Assembly: GCF_006345805.1 (NCBI RefSeq)
Contig: NC_043014.1
Location: 6,014,001-6,078,000 of the forward strand
From: Octopus sinensis
Taxonomy: Eukaryota
Direction of reading: 5' to 3'
Length of the DNA stretch: 64,000 nucleotides
Within the stretch, counting starts at the first letter, position 1. Each line of letters begins with the position of its first letter. Below, piece after piece: positions 47,200 to 60,509 of this stretch. The position numbers and the translations under genes are program-made. The notes under the pieces were generated by a model. That model made no database searches, had not been told where the DNA came from, and worked only from the letters and a program-made list of their open reading frames with translations.

Positions 47200-49130
47200 A
47201 TTGCGGATAAATTTCAAGGGGTATAACTCAGAATAAGGGAAGCAACTATAGACCTGACTGCGGTAAGACTAACTTTTAAACGATTTTTCAGTGCAAAGCA
47301 AGAAAGATGCGTTGTCAGAGTTAAGACACAAGTGTACGAAAGCCGCCGTCCAATGAGGCCAAGTGACAAATGCATAACAAAGTCACAGCTCAGTTTTTAT
47401 CAGACCATAATTGACACGTGTTACTTTTAAATTCGACCAGATCTGTACATCTTTTCAGAAGCGCTTAGCTCGACTATTTGGAATAGGTGGCGAACAGGAC
47501 GACAGAATTGTCTTCAGTGGATACCTCTACCGAGGTGCGTCTCTCGGCGTAAAATGCGGAGTTACGAAAAGCTAATAACAGTAATATGGAAAGCAATGGT
47601 TAGCTGCACGGGGTCGGGGTAGAATCGCCGGATCTTTTCCTTTTGAACGGCAGACAATTTCTAGTTAACTAAACACTTTAAAACTTCGTATACTGGTAGA
47701 ATGTGTCAAAATAAAACATTTTTTTCTCTTGGCTTTCTTGAGAAAATTGTAATTTGTTTGTTTAACGTAGTTTAATTTTTCGAATTTTAACCAATCCTAT
47801 GCTCTCTTTTGAGCTAAAATCATTTGCTGCGTCTAGAACAGAGACAACATCCTGTAACTAACCATCCCCCTCCCCCTAACCCTAACCCTAAATTTTTTTT
47901 TTCTTAATTGTTAAATTAATTTAATAAAAAAAACTAAAGCAATTGAAAATAATTTAAACAATTAACATACAAAATAATTCTATAATTTTTATACACACGC
48001 TTTCCGTAACACACGCTTTCCATATACATACGGAAAGCATGTGTATAAAATTATAGAATTATTTTGTATGTTAATTGTTTAAATTATTTTCCATTGCTTT
48101 AGTTTTTTTTACACGCGTAACAATTAAATTAATTTAACAATTAAGAAAAGAAAAATTTACGTTTAGAGTTAGGGTTAGGGGAGGGTTAGTTACAGGATGT
48201 CTCAGTTTTAGACGCAGCAAATGATTTTACCTAAATGGAGGTAATTGATTGGTTAAAATTGCCAAAATGCTCGGATTTTCAGACGAAAAATCTTACAAAC
48301 CATAGAATTTTCTCAATAAAACCAAGAGAAAATGATGTTTTATAAACACATTCTACCAGTATACGAAGTTTAAAAGTGTTTAGTTAACTAGAAATTGTGT
48401 TGACATCTGCCGTTCAAAAGGAAAAGATCCGAATCGCCCAATTTGAATAGTCCACCCTAAAGGCTTTACTTTTGTGTGCCAGACTTATTTGGAGACCTTT
48501 TACCAAACATTTACGATAACTCGCAACAGAACAGGACGATTTCTTGTTCAATGAGTCGAGGAGCGTTGGCATTGCTAAAAAAGGATCCAAGCAAAGAGGA
48601 TCACATTGACAAACTTTCGGCCGATAAACCTGCTAAATGTAAACATCAAAATTTTTGCTAATGTATTAACAAAAGGCGTTTGTCGTTGATGGCCTGATTA
48701 ATGATAGCAAACATGCACCATCCCAAACAGTTTTACCTACAACAACCTTCACCTCATGCGATACATCGTAGAAAGAGTCGGTAAGGATGCCGGCATGGTG
48801 GGGATTAGATCAATCGAAAGCTTTAAAGCTTTCAAGATCATTTTAGCTCAATCGAAAGATTTAAATAGAGTCAAGCATCAATATTCGGCGGCTGTTCTCG
48901 CGACAGGTTCTTTTGATCCCGTTTCTGAGGTTGGATTGCAACAATATACAGTGTCCTCTGCTCAGCCGTTAAAGTGCATGGTCGCCAATCGGAAGACAGG
49001 ACCGTAATTTCGGGTACTAGACACATCGAGATAATCGGTACTGCTCTAAGGAACTGAGATGGTTACAGAAGCAACAATCAACCAAGAAAAGTCAGTGGCC
49101 CACCAGCTCGGCAGCTGGAGATGCAAGTCT
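47200..49130 (+). mobile_element. Degraded L1/Tx1 RT relic, split by the foldback element
   Basis: SRGALALLKKDPSK..HI.NFRPI.LLN...KIFA.VL at about 48550-48680; outer boundaries approximate. Confidence 0.65.
47630..48430. mobile_element. 801-bp foldback element of the same GGATC family, 8-bp TSD GAATCGCC
   Basis: TSD at 47622-47629 and 48431-48438; arms are inverted along almost the whole length. Confidence 0.9.
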
Positions 49131-50090
49131 ATGCCGTCCATCAGCCAGGAGAAAGGAGGAAAAGTTGAAAAGATGGAAAGCATGGTTAGTGTCGTGGATG
49201 TGGGAGGTGGGGGAAGCCACTAGGAGGAGCAAGGGCCGAAGGACACGGGCGAAGTATTTAGAGGCGGCGAGCTGGCAGAAGCGTTAGCACGCCGGGCGAA
49301 ATGTTTAGCGGTATTTCGTCTGCCGTTATGTGCTGAGTTCAAATTCCGCCGAGGTTGACTTTGCCTTTCTTCCTTTCGGGGTCGATAAATTAAGTACCAG
49401 TTACGCACTAGAGTCGATATAATCGACTTAATCCATTTGTCTGTCTTTGTTTGTCCCCTCTATGTTTAGCCCCTTGTGGGTAATAAAGAAATAGGTATTT
49501 TGTCTGCCGCTATGTTCTGAGTTCAAATTCCGCCGAGGTCGACTTTGCCTTTCATCCTTTCGGGGTCGATAAATTAAGTACCAGTTACGCACTAGAGTCG
49601 ATATAATTGACTTAATCCATTTGTCTGTCTTTGTTTGTCCCCTCTATGTTTAGCCCCTTGTGGGTAGTAAAGAAATAGGTATTTCGTCTGCCGCTACGTT
49701 CTGAGTTCAAATTCCGCCGAGGTCGACGTTGCCTTTCTTCCTTTCGGGGTCGATGAATAAAGTACCAGTTACGCACTGGGGTCGATATAATCGACTTAAT
49801 CCATTTGTCTGTCTTTGTTTGTCCCCTCTGTGTTTAGCCCCTTGTGGGTAGTAAAAAAATAGGTATTTAGAGATCAGATCCATGGGGCAGTTACAGGTGG
49901 AGACAACGGGGCAGCCAGGGTTGTTGGGCTTGAAAAATTTTAGGAAGGAAGTAAAGGGTGGGGGTGCACACAATGAAGGTGGGGGAAGTAGGGGTGAGAA
50001 AGAAGAGGAGATGAGGGCATGGATAGTGGAGGACACAGTCTATTGGTAAACAAGCATGGAGTTGGAGGGCTGAGGACAACAGAGGGTCTC
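49130..50090 (-). mobile_element. Penelope-like RT fragment interrupted by a SINE-A trimer
   Basis: TPTLYFLPKI.KPNNPG.PVVSTCNCP.DLISKY on one side of the array continues as FARVLRPL..SHIHDTNHAF on the other. Confidence 0.75.
49264..49862 (+). repeat. SINE-A multimer, 3 bodies, with 10-bp TSD
   Basis: GTATTTAGAG at 49254-49263 and 49863-49872; interrupts a Penelope-like RT frame. Confidence 0.9.
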
Positions 50091-50177
50091 TATTATAATG
50101 TGATATAATAGTTTCACAATTGCATGGGTTCACTTTCAATGTATATATGTTAATAGTTTCATTTATATTAGTTTAAC

Positions 50178-50368
50178 TATGTGTATATGTAATGTATACG
50201 TTTATGTATGCATATGTATGTATATGTATGTGTGTGTATATATATGTATGTATATATATATGTATGTATGTGTATTTATATATGTGTATATATACATATA
50301 TATGGATATATGTGCGTGTGTGCATATATATGTATATATATGTATATATATGTATATATATATATATG

Positions 50369-50409
<41 letters not shown>

Positions 50410-50440
50410 GCATGTATATATGTGTATGCATATATGTGTT

Positions 50441-50471
<31 letters not shown>

Positions 50472-50705
50472 GTGTGTGTATGTGCATGTGTGCATATATA
50501 TGTATATGTATATGTATATATATACATATATATGTACATATATACATATATATATGTATATTTATATATATGTATATGTGTATAGATATGTATATGTATA
50601 TATACATGTATATGCATATATATGTGTGTATATATATATGTGTATATATATAATATGTATATTGATATGTATATGTATATATAGGCATATATACATGTGT
50701 GTACG

Positions 50706-50745
<40 letters not shown>

Positions 50746-50768
50746 TATATATATTATATATATTCATA
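50178..50768. repeat. (TA)/(TG) compound microsatellite
   Basis: Seen directly in the sequence. Confidence 0.95.
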
Positions 50769-50769
50769 T

Positions 50770-51090
50770 AGGCGTGGGCATGGCTGTGTGTGTTAAGAAG
50801 CTTGGTTCCTGACCACGTGTTTCTGGGTTCAGTCTCACTGGCACCTTGCGTGTCTTTTACTATAGCCTTGGGCCAGCCAAAGCTATGTCAGTGGATTTGG
50901 TAGACAGAAACTCAAAGGAGTCCATCGTATATATGTATATGTTTGTGTGTTTACATCCCTGTAATTTAACAGTTCGGCAAAAGAGACTGATAGAATAAGT
51001 ACTAGGAAAGAATAAGTCCTGGGATCGATTTGTTCGACTAAAGGCAATGCTCCAGCATGACACCAGTCAAATGACTGAAACAAATAAAAG
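50770..51090 (+). mobile_element. SINE-B, diverged
   Basis: Homology with internal deletions. Confidence 0.75.
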
Positions 51091-51387
51091 TATATATATA
51101 TATATATATATATCTGGCACCTGTGCAGGTGGCACGTAAAAGGCACCCACTAAACTCGCGGAGTGGTTGGCGTTAGGAAGGGCATCCAGCCGTAGAAACT
51201 CTGCTAGATCAGACTGGAGCCTGGAGCAGCCCCTGGCTTCCCAGACCCCGGACGAACTGTCCAACCCGTGCTAGCGCGGAAAACGGACGTTAAACGATGA
51301 TGATGATGATGATGATGATGATATAGGCGCAGGAGTGGCTGTGTGGCAAATAGCTTGTATATATTGTATGTATATATGCATATATTT

Positions 51388-51500
51388 ATATCTATATGCA
51401 GTTTAATGCCGGAAAATTCCAAGCCCTGTGCTACCAGCACCCAAAACTGAATATAAAACTTACAGGGTACACTGGCCCACAGGGAATTACAATCCCAGAG
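51388..51500 (+). mobile_element. CR1-type RT fragment
   Basis: MQFNAGKFQALCY motif. Confidence 0.6.
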
Positions 51501-52431
51501 CTATATATATATAGCTGTAGTGAACCACAATACATTTGTTGCTATGTATCTATAAAACTCTTCTGCTACAATAGTGGCAGCATGGAATTCTTTCATTCTC
51601 TAGTTCTGATGAAATATTTGCAAAAATTATAATGGAGTATCCTGTGTGTAGAAAACATATTTTTTTATATCCGAAGATAGCAATGTATTTCAAACTGACA
51701 TAATGCTTGCATTGTTCAATTAAATGGAGCTGCCTGAAACGCTCGTAGTGCACTAATATATGTTGATATCCTTGTCTCTTATTTGCTTTTCATTATCTTT
51801 ATTTCGAGCTGTGTGGATAATACCAGACTAACTTGGTGCCTCAACTTAATCTTAATTATTCATATATCATCATCATCATCATCGTTTAACGTCCGCTTTC
51901 CATGCTAGCATGGGTTGGACGGTTTTGACTGAGGGCTAGCGAACCAGATGACTGTACCAGGCTCCAATCTTGATCTGGCAGAGTGTCTACAGCTGGATGC
52001 CCTTCCTAACGCCAACCACTCTGAGAGTATAGTGGGTTCTTTTTACGTGCCACCGGCACGGAGGCCAGTGAAGCAGTACTGGCAATGATCTCGCTCAAAT
52101 CTTTTTACACGTGCCACTGGTACAGGTGCCAGTGAAGCGACATTGGTAACGAACACGCTCGAATGGTGCCCTTTTACGTGCCACAGGTACGGAAACACAC
52201 ACACAAATATACATGCACAAATAATAAATAGATAGATAGATATACCTACACACATACACGCAAACATGCATATTATATACACATTTTATTTTTATATTTG
52301 TTTACCTAGGATTCTTGATGTGAAATCCTGACTTAAAACATATTTTTACATCTTGCAGTGTAAGTGGTCATTAAATATACATAAATATACATAAGAGTGG
52401 CCATTAAATATACATGGGCTGGACCTATACT

Positions 52432-52582
52432 GCTTGTGGTAAGTAGCTTGCTAACCAACCACATGGTTCAGGGTTAAGTCCCACTGCGTGGCATCTTGGG
52501 CAAGTGTCTTCTGCTATAGCCCCGGGCCAACCAATGCCTTGTGAGTGGATTTGGTAGACAGAAACTGAAAGAAGCCTGTCGC

Positions 52583-52616
<34 letters not shown>

Positions 52617-52826
52617 TTGTGTGAGTGTGTTTGTCCCCCTAGCATTGCTTGACAACTGATGCTGGTGTGTTTGCGTCCCTGTAACTTAGCGGTTTGGCAA
52701 AAGAGACTGATAGAATAAGTACTGGGCTTACAAAGAATAAGTCCCGGGGTAATTTGCTCGACTAAAGGCGGTGCTCCAGCATGGCCGCAGTCAAATGACT
52801 GAAACAAGTAAAAGAGTAAAAAGAGA
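52432..52826 (+). mobile_element. SINE-B
   Basis: Near full-length copy. Confidence 0.85.
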
Positions 52827-52961
52827 GTAGTTAAACAATAGCTTAATTAATAATTTGATATCTCAACAAATTGAGTAGTTTGTCAGGGTCTATTCATTAC
52901 CATTCATGACTTCATGAAAGACAGGTCTTTCATTCTTCAGGTCAATTATGATGTATCCAGA

Positions 52962-53333
52962 CTCTCTTTACTCTTTTACTTGTTTCAGTCATTTGACTGT
53001 GGCCATTGGCCATGCTGGAGCACCGCCTTTAGTCGAGCAAATCGACCCAAGGATTTATTCTTTGTAAGCCTAGTACTTATTCTATCAGTCTCTTAGGTCG
53101 AACCGCTAGGTTATGGGGACAAACACAGACACACAAACATATACACACACACACACACATATATACATATATACAATGGGCTTCTTCCAGTTTCCGTCTA
53201 CCAAATCCACTCACAAGGCTTTGGTCGGCCCAATAATAGGAGACACTTGCCCAAGGTGCCACGCAGTGGGACTGAACCCAGAACCATGTGGTTGGTAAGC
53301 AAGCTACTTACCACACAGCCACTTCTGCACCTA
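52962..53333 (-). mobile_element. SINE-B
   Basis: Near full-length; tail-to-tail with the 52432 copy, about 135 bp apart. Confidence 0.85.
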
Positions 53334-53589
53334 TACTATATATATATATATATATTTATTCTTTATTTTACATATACATTTTGGAATGTGTGTATTCACA
53401 CATTAAAGTGTACATAGGGCATGTATGCACATAATGGAGTGCAAACAGGACATATGTGCATGCACAATTTTGCATGTCATTCATTCCAGTAATTCTGGTA
53501 TTTAGGTGTATCACAGACCAGTACTTCTGTACATCCTTTTCTTTCATTACTCCCAAGGAATTCTAAACCTATCCCTGCATCTCCTTTTC

Positions 53590-54222
53590 GCCCCAGTGCA
53601 TCCATGCTGCCAACAAAGCACGCGGAGTTCTGTTTTTGATTCGACGGTCATTCTGAATGCTCACAGCAGCCATATTCCTACCGCTCTATGTCACGCTGGT
53701 GAGAGTACGGGATTCAAGCCTCTTCTCCTTATCTCCTCAAAGACATACATTATCTCAAAAGAGTCCAGAAGCTGGCTACCCGCATGGTTCTTGGTCTCAA
53801 GCATTTGTCTTATGAAGAAAGGCTGAAGACACTCGACCTTTATTCTCTAGAAAAACGACGACGCCGTTGTGATCTCATTCTTGCTCACAACATCATAAGC
53901 GGAAAGTGTAACCTCTCGAAAGAGCTGTTCTTCACCCTGCTCCAGAGCGTCGGCTGTGGGGTCCCTCCAAAAAGCTCTATCTGCGACGATTTCATCTCAA
54001 TCGAAGGAGAGGGGCTTTCTCCGTCCGGGTTGCGGATCCGTGGAACAAGCTGCCGGACAAGATAGTGAAGATGCCGACGACCGCTCGGTTCAAAGTCTCT
54101 CTTGACCAGAAATGGCCTGAACTCTTTGCATGAACATCATCCCTGTACATAACTCCATGTCCCCCTACATGGCCTTGATTTTTGCTTTTTGAGCCAAAAA
54201 ATTAACTTAACTTAACTTAACA
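53590..54222 (+). mobile_element. CR1 LINE ORF2 C-terminus and 3' UTR
   Basis: ANKARGVL.LIRRSF, LYVTLVR, VQKLATRMV.GL..LSYEERLK.LDLYSLE.RR motifs. Confidence 0.9.
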
Positions 54223-54478
54223 GCACTGGATATATGCTTTGCATTAATTATTCTAACCCTTTTGCATTCTGAGTTCAAATCCCAGAAGGCTCAACTTCCA
54301 GTCTTCATAAATGAAATACTAGTCAAGTACTGAAGTTGGTATAATCAACTACTTTTTTCACTCTTATTTCTGACCTTGTACTTGCTTTAGGAACAATTCC
54401 TATATGCTTGTAGGTATGTTTAAGAGTGGAAGAAAGTACAGAAGAATTAGCAACAATTTTACCATCACAAGAACTTGA

Positions 54479-54522
<44 letters not shown>

Positions 54523-54734
54523 AGGTGCAATGGCCCAGTTGTTAGGGCAGCGCTCCAGCAGGGGATGGTGGCGATCCCTGCTGTACTCTTTCTTTCACTC
54601 TTTCTTCAGTTGGCCTGCTCATTTAGCCAGCAAGGTGGCGTCATTTGAAGGCTAAAACAATGCGAAGCGCATTGTGACCAGCGATATGTAGCAACATCTG
54701 ATAGCCTGGTCGATCTCGGTGATCACAGTGATAT

Positions 54735-54975
54735 CATCATCATCATCGTTTAACGTCCGCTTTCAATGCTAGCATGGGTTGGACGGTTCAACTGGGGTCT
54801 GGGAAGCCCAAAGGCTGTACCAGGCTCCAGTCTGATCTGGCAGAGTTTCTACAGCTGGATGCCCTTCCTAATGCCAGCCACTCCGTGAGTGTAGTGGGTG
54901 CTTTTTACGTGCCACCGACACCGGTGCCAGACGAAGCTGGCGAACGGCCACGCTCGGATGGTGCCTTTTACGTGC

Positions 54976-54976
<1 letters not shown>
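54735..54976 (-). mobile_element. RTE 3'-end fragment in tandem with the long copy
   Basis: (CAT)n..GTTTAACGTCCGC..CATGCTAGCATGGGTTGGACGG signature; also at 51866-52195, 59140-59380 and (+) 51112-51322. Confidence 0.8.
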
Positions 54977-55005
<29 letters not shown>

Positions 55006-55006
<1 letters not shown>

Positions 55007-58000
55007 CATCATCATCATCATCATCATCATTTAGCGTCCGTTTTCCATGCTAGCATGGGTTGGACGGTTCTACTGGGGTCTGTGAAGCCAGAAGGCTTCA
55101 TCAGGCCCAGTCAAATCTGGCAGTGTTTCTACGGCTGGATGCCCTTCCTAACGCCAACCACTCCGTGAGTGTAGTGGGTGCTTTTTACGTGCCACCCGCA
55201 CTGGTGCCAGACAGAGCTGGCAAACGGCCACGAACGGATGGTGCTTTTTATGTGCCACCGGACGAGGGCCAGGCGAGGCTGGCACGGTCGCAAAACGGAA
55301 AGTTCTCTTACATGCCACCGGCACTGGTAACACATCTGCAATTTCCATTGATCGATTTCCATTGATCGATTCGATTCTGATCCTCACTTGCCTCAATGGG
55401 TCTTCAAAAGCAGAGTTTCGACATGCCACCGGCACTGGTAGCACATCCGCAATTTCCATTGATCGATTTCGATTCTGATCCTCACTTGCCTCAACACGTC
55501 TTCACAAGTAGAGTTTTGTGTCCCAAGAAGGGAAGGTATGCATACGTAGGCTGGCTCCATCCCATGTAGAAGGCCACGGGTTGTGGACTCACTTGTCCTG
55601 CCGGGTCTTCTCGCGCAGCACACTTCCAGAGGTCTCGGTCTCTAGTCATTTCCTCAGTGAGACCTAAAGTTCGAAGGTCGTGCTTCACCACCTCGTCCTA
55701 GGTTTTCCTGGGTCTGCCTCTTCCACAGGTTCCCTCAACTGCTAGGGTGTGGCACTTTTTCACACAACTATCTTCATCCATTCTCGCCACATGACCATAC
55801 CAGCGCAAACGTCTCTCTTGCACACCACAACTGATGTTTCTTAGGTCCAGCTTTTCTCTCAAGGTACTTACACTCTGCCGAGTGTGAGTACCGGCATTAC
55901 ACATCCATCGGAGCATACTGGCTTCATTTCTAGCGAGCTTACGCATATCCTCAGCAGTCACGGCCCATGTTTCACTGCCATGTAGCATGGCTGTTCGTAC
56001 ACATGCATCATACAGTCTGCCTTTCACTCTGTGCGAGAGGCCTTTTGTCACCAGCAGAGGTAAGAGCTCTCTGAACTTTGCCCAAGCTATTCTTACTCTA
56101 GCAGTTACACTTTCAGCACACCCGCCCCCGCTGCTGACTTGGTCACCTAGGTAACGGAAACTATCAACTATTTCTAGTTTTTCTCCCTGGAAAGTGACGG
56201 AAGTTGGTCTCAGAGCATTTTCAGTGTTTATTGTTCCTGAGCATCTGCCACATACAAAAACCATCTTCCTAGTTAGCCTTCCTTTGACATTGCTGCATCT
56301 CTTATGTGTCCATAGCTTACACTTGGTGCATCTTATAGAGTTTCTACCTACACCTTTTCTACAGATCGAGCAGGGCCATCTACCTGAAGGTGTTTGTGAT
56401 TTGTCTACCTTCCTACTGATTACGACTTTGGTTTTAGCTAGATTGACTCTGAGGCCCTTCGATTCTAATCCTTGTTTCCACACCTGAAACTTCTCCTCCA
56501 GTTCTGATAGCGACTCAGCAATTAGAGCAAGGTCATCAGCATAGAGGAGCTCCCAAGGGCATCCTGTCTTGAATTCCTCCGTTATTGCCTGGAGGACTAT
56601 GATAAATAGGAGGGGGCTGAGTACTGAGCCTTGGTGGACCCCTACCTCTACCCGGAATTCTTCACTGTACTCATTTCCAACCCTCACCCTACTAGCGGCG
56701 TCCCTATACATGGCCCGCACAGCTCTCACTAACCATTCATCTATCCCTAGTTTTCTCATTGCCCACCAGATAAGGGATCGGGGGACCCTGTCGAAGGCTT
56801 TCTCCATGTCAACAAAAGCCAGGTACAGGGGCTTATCTTTGGCTAGGTATTTCTCCTGCAGCTGCCTTACCAGGAATATAGCATCAGTAGTACTTTTCCC
56901 TGGCACAAACCCAAACTGCATCTCATCTAAACTAACTCTCTCTCTAATTAGTTGGGCTATGACCCTCTCCGTAACCTTCATCACCTGGTCCAACAGCTTG
57001 ATACCTCTGTAGTTATTTGTATCTAGGGCATCACCTTTACCTTTGTAGCAGTTGACTATTATACTGCTACACCAGTCATTGGGTATGACCCCTTTGTGTA
57101 TCACCTGATTAACTATATGGGTGACTAGGCTATAGCCGACACTACCAGACATTTTGAGCATCTCTGCAGTGATTCCTGATGGGCCTGGGGCTTTCCTGTC
57201 TTCATGCTTCTAATTGCCTTAGCTACCACAGAACTATCAACTCGGATAGCTGGTCCCTCTGTTGGGTCAACATTCGGCAGACTCTCTTTATCCCATTCAT
57301 TTTCTTCATTCAGCAACCTTTCATAGTGGCATCTCCAAACCTCTCTCTTCGCATCCTCATTTAGCGCAAGTGAACCATCTTCCATGCGAACACACTTCTC
57401 TCCTACCACATCACGATTCTCTCTCACACACTGTCTTGCAACACGAAACACCTCCAGTCTTTGGTCCTCACGGCGCAGAACATTGGCAAATTTTTTCTTA
57501 TCTGCTTCCCTCTGGCTAAATAAACCTGTCTCCTAGCTTCTCTTTTGGCAGTCTGATACAATTCCTGCTACCCCCATTTTCCAGACCTTCCAAGCCTGTC
57601 TCTTTTCTCTAATAGCCCTGTCTACAATATGTTCCACCACCACGTTATTCTAGGTCGAGAGGGGACTTGCACCAGCCACAGATCTGGTCAGTGGCTCTCA
57701 GCAGGTTGTCCCTTAGAAACGTCCAGCTGTCTTCTACCCCCTGTGATGCTCTATCCCCTTCTACTTCGTCAGAGGCTTCAAGTAATATGTCCCTAAATCT
57801 CTGTCCATTTGCAGGATCTTTAAGCTTCCAGATCCTTCTTCTCCATATTTGTCGTCTTCTGGTTGTCCTCCTAGTCCTGATCCTAAAGTCACTAACTGCC
57901 AGTCTATGTTGTGGGGTACATTCTTCACCTGGGAAGGTTTTGGCATTTATAAGCAGCCATCTCTCCCTTTGCCTTGTAAGGATGTAGTCAATTTGGCTGG

Positions 58001-58346
58001 TATGTTGGCCCGATTGGTAAGTGACTAGGTGGCTGGTAGGTTTCCTGAAGTTAGTGTTGCAAATCATAAGATTATTTGCATCGCAGAACTCCAGCAGCCT
58101 GGTTCCCTCCTCGTTGCGGGAGCCATAGCCATAGCCTCCATGTACGCCATGGAAGCCCCCAGCATGTCGTCCAACGTGACCATTGAAGTCACCAGCCACA
58201 AAGATAAGGTCTTTGTCGTTTGTCAATGAGGTAGTCTGCAGTAGAGTGTCATAGAATCGGTCTTTCTGTCCATCGGGTAGCCCCGACTGAGGAGCATAGG
58301 CTGATATAATGGTTGCTAAACTATGATGAAGCACTAATCTAATCTT
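55006..58346 (-). mobile_element. RTE-clade LINE, 5'-truncated: APE endonuclease C-part, RT, internal Cys-rich finger, 3' UTR, (ATG)n tail; several frameshifts
   Basis: ISAYAPQ, GDFNGHVG, SQIDYIL, QHRL; NYRGIKLL, QFGF, AFVDMEKAFD, GVHQGSVLSPLLF, LLYADDL, FRYLG motifs; ORF 55698..57161. Confidence 0.95.
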
Positions 58347-58376
58347 ATATATATATATATGTATATATATACAAGA

Positions 58377-58710
58377 GAAGGCGCATTGCTGAGTGGTTAG
58401 AGCATAGAGCTTATGATCATGAGGTTGTGAGTTTGATTCCCGGACCAGGCTGTGTGTTATGTTCTTGAGCAAGACACTTTATTTCACGTTGCTCCAGTTA
58501 ACTCAGCTGCAGAAATAAGTTGAGACATCACTGTATCGGCATCAGCCCCTTTGCCTTTCTCTTGGATAACATCAGTGGTGTGGAGAGGGGAGGCCGGTAT
58601 GCATGGACGACTGCTGGCCTTCCACAAACAATCTTGCCCTGACTTGTGCCTCAGAGGGTAACTTTCTAGGTGCAATTCTATGGTCATTTATGACCAAAGG
58701 GGATCCCGTC
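58377..58710 (+). mobile_element. SINE-C
   Basis: Homologous to 13648-13955. Confidence 0.8.
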
Positions 58711-58711
58711 C

Positions 58712-59122
58712 TGGCGAGCTGGTAGAAACGTTAGCACGCCGGGTGACATGCGTAGCTGTATTCCATCTGCCGTTACGTTCTGAGTTCAAATTTCACCGAG
58801 GTCGACTTTGCCTTTCATCCTTTCGAGGTCGATAAATTAAGTACCAGTTACGCACTAGGGTCGATGTAATCGACTTAATCCCTTTGTCTGTCCTTGTTTG
58901 TCCCCTCTGTGTTTAGCCTCTTGTGGGTAGTAAAGAAATAGGTATTTCGTCTGTCGTTACGTTCTGAGTTCAAATTCCGCCGAGGTCAATTTTGCCTTTC
59001 ATCCTTTCGGGATCGATAACTTAAGTACCAGTTACGCACTGGGCTCGATATAATCGACTTAATCCCTTTGTCTGTCCTTGTTCGTCCCCTCTGTGTTTAG
59101 CCCCTTGTGGGTAGTAAAGAAA
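58712..59122 (+). repeat. SINE-A dimer
   Basis: Head plus 2 bodies with the standard junction. Confidence 0.85.
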
Positions 59123-60271
59123 TATATATATATATACATACGCATCATCATCATCATCATCAATGTCCATTGACAATGCTGGCATTGGTGGGATGGTTTG
59201 ATCAGGGCTGGTAAGCTGAGGGGCTGCACCAGACTCCAGTCTGATTTGGCATAGTCTCTACAGCTGGATGCCCTTCCTAATGCCAACCACTCCAAGGGTA
59301 TGGTGGATGCTTTTGCGTGCCACCAGCATGGGTACCAGCTGCATGACACCAGTATCTGCCACAACTACAATTTCAATTGGTTCAATGGGTCTTCTAGTCG
59401 TACCACTTTATGTATTATTCACATACACTACACACACATATATGCTTGTGTTCATGTGTGTGCTTCAGTGTATAGACATGTGTGCTCATGCATGCATACA
59501 AATCTGTGTGTGTGTATTATATATATATATATATTATTATATATATATTTACATGTATATGTATACATATATATATATACATATATATAAAAGATATACA
59601 TATATATTCTACAATATATATACATATACATAACATATACATTACATACATATACATACATATATATATACATATATATATACATATACATATATATACA
59701 TATACACATATATCCTCACCATTACGATTCTATAATTTAAATTCCCAATTCAATTTCAACTCCCGTTCGATGTCCGCAGCAAGTTCTTAAAAATTTATCT
59801 TACTATTTTATTCGTGTTAACGTTTCTTCATACATTGTACGAAAATTTAACCTTTTAGGCTACTTTCAAGCCTTCGCCATAACTTGATTTATCTTTCTAT
59901 CTCTCTCTCTACAAAATTTAACCTTAGGCCAGGCTACCTCAAGCCGTAATCCTATCTCTTCCCATCTCTTCCCATTCTTCCCCATCTTTCAACCATTGGC
60001 GGTGCGCCCGCCCCCCCACCCCACCACCAATACCGATGAACACTGTTCTCACCCCCACCACCAATACCGGTGAGCACTGTTCCTCACTCCCACCACCAAT
60101 ACCAGTATACCCTGTCCTCACCATCTACACCGGATACGCCTTACTCATCTACACCGGGTACGCCCTACTCCCTCCTCCTCCCCCCACTACCCCTTCTCCT
60201 CATATGCTTTCACTGTGAAAAGACAAGCTGCTAGCGCCATAGCTCATCAACTGCCCACCGATCTTATGCTT

Positions 60272-60371
60272 NNNNNNNNNNNNNNNNNNNNNNNNNNNNN
60301 NNNNNNNNNNNNNNNNNNNNNNNNNNNNNNNNNNNNNNNNNNNNNNNNNNNNNNNNNNNNNNNNNNNNNNN
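60272..60371. other. Assembly gap (100 N)
   Basis: Run of N. Confidence 1.
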
Positions 60372-60509
60372 AAAGATACAAATCTGAGTATATACATACA
60401 AAAATACCATGTTGATGTTGGTGAAATTCCAACGAAGGGACCTGAGATCTAGGTTAGAAACCGGCTCATGTAAGTGGAAAAGTTATATGTGTGTGTGTGT
60501 GTGTGTGTA

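Noticed and set aside
55698-57161. Intact active retrotransposon or domesticated gene
   Set aside because: Upstream frameshifts and the 5' truncation disconnect EN from RT.
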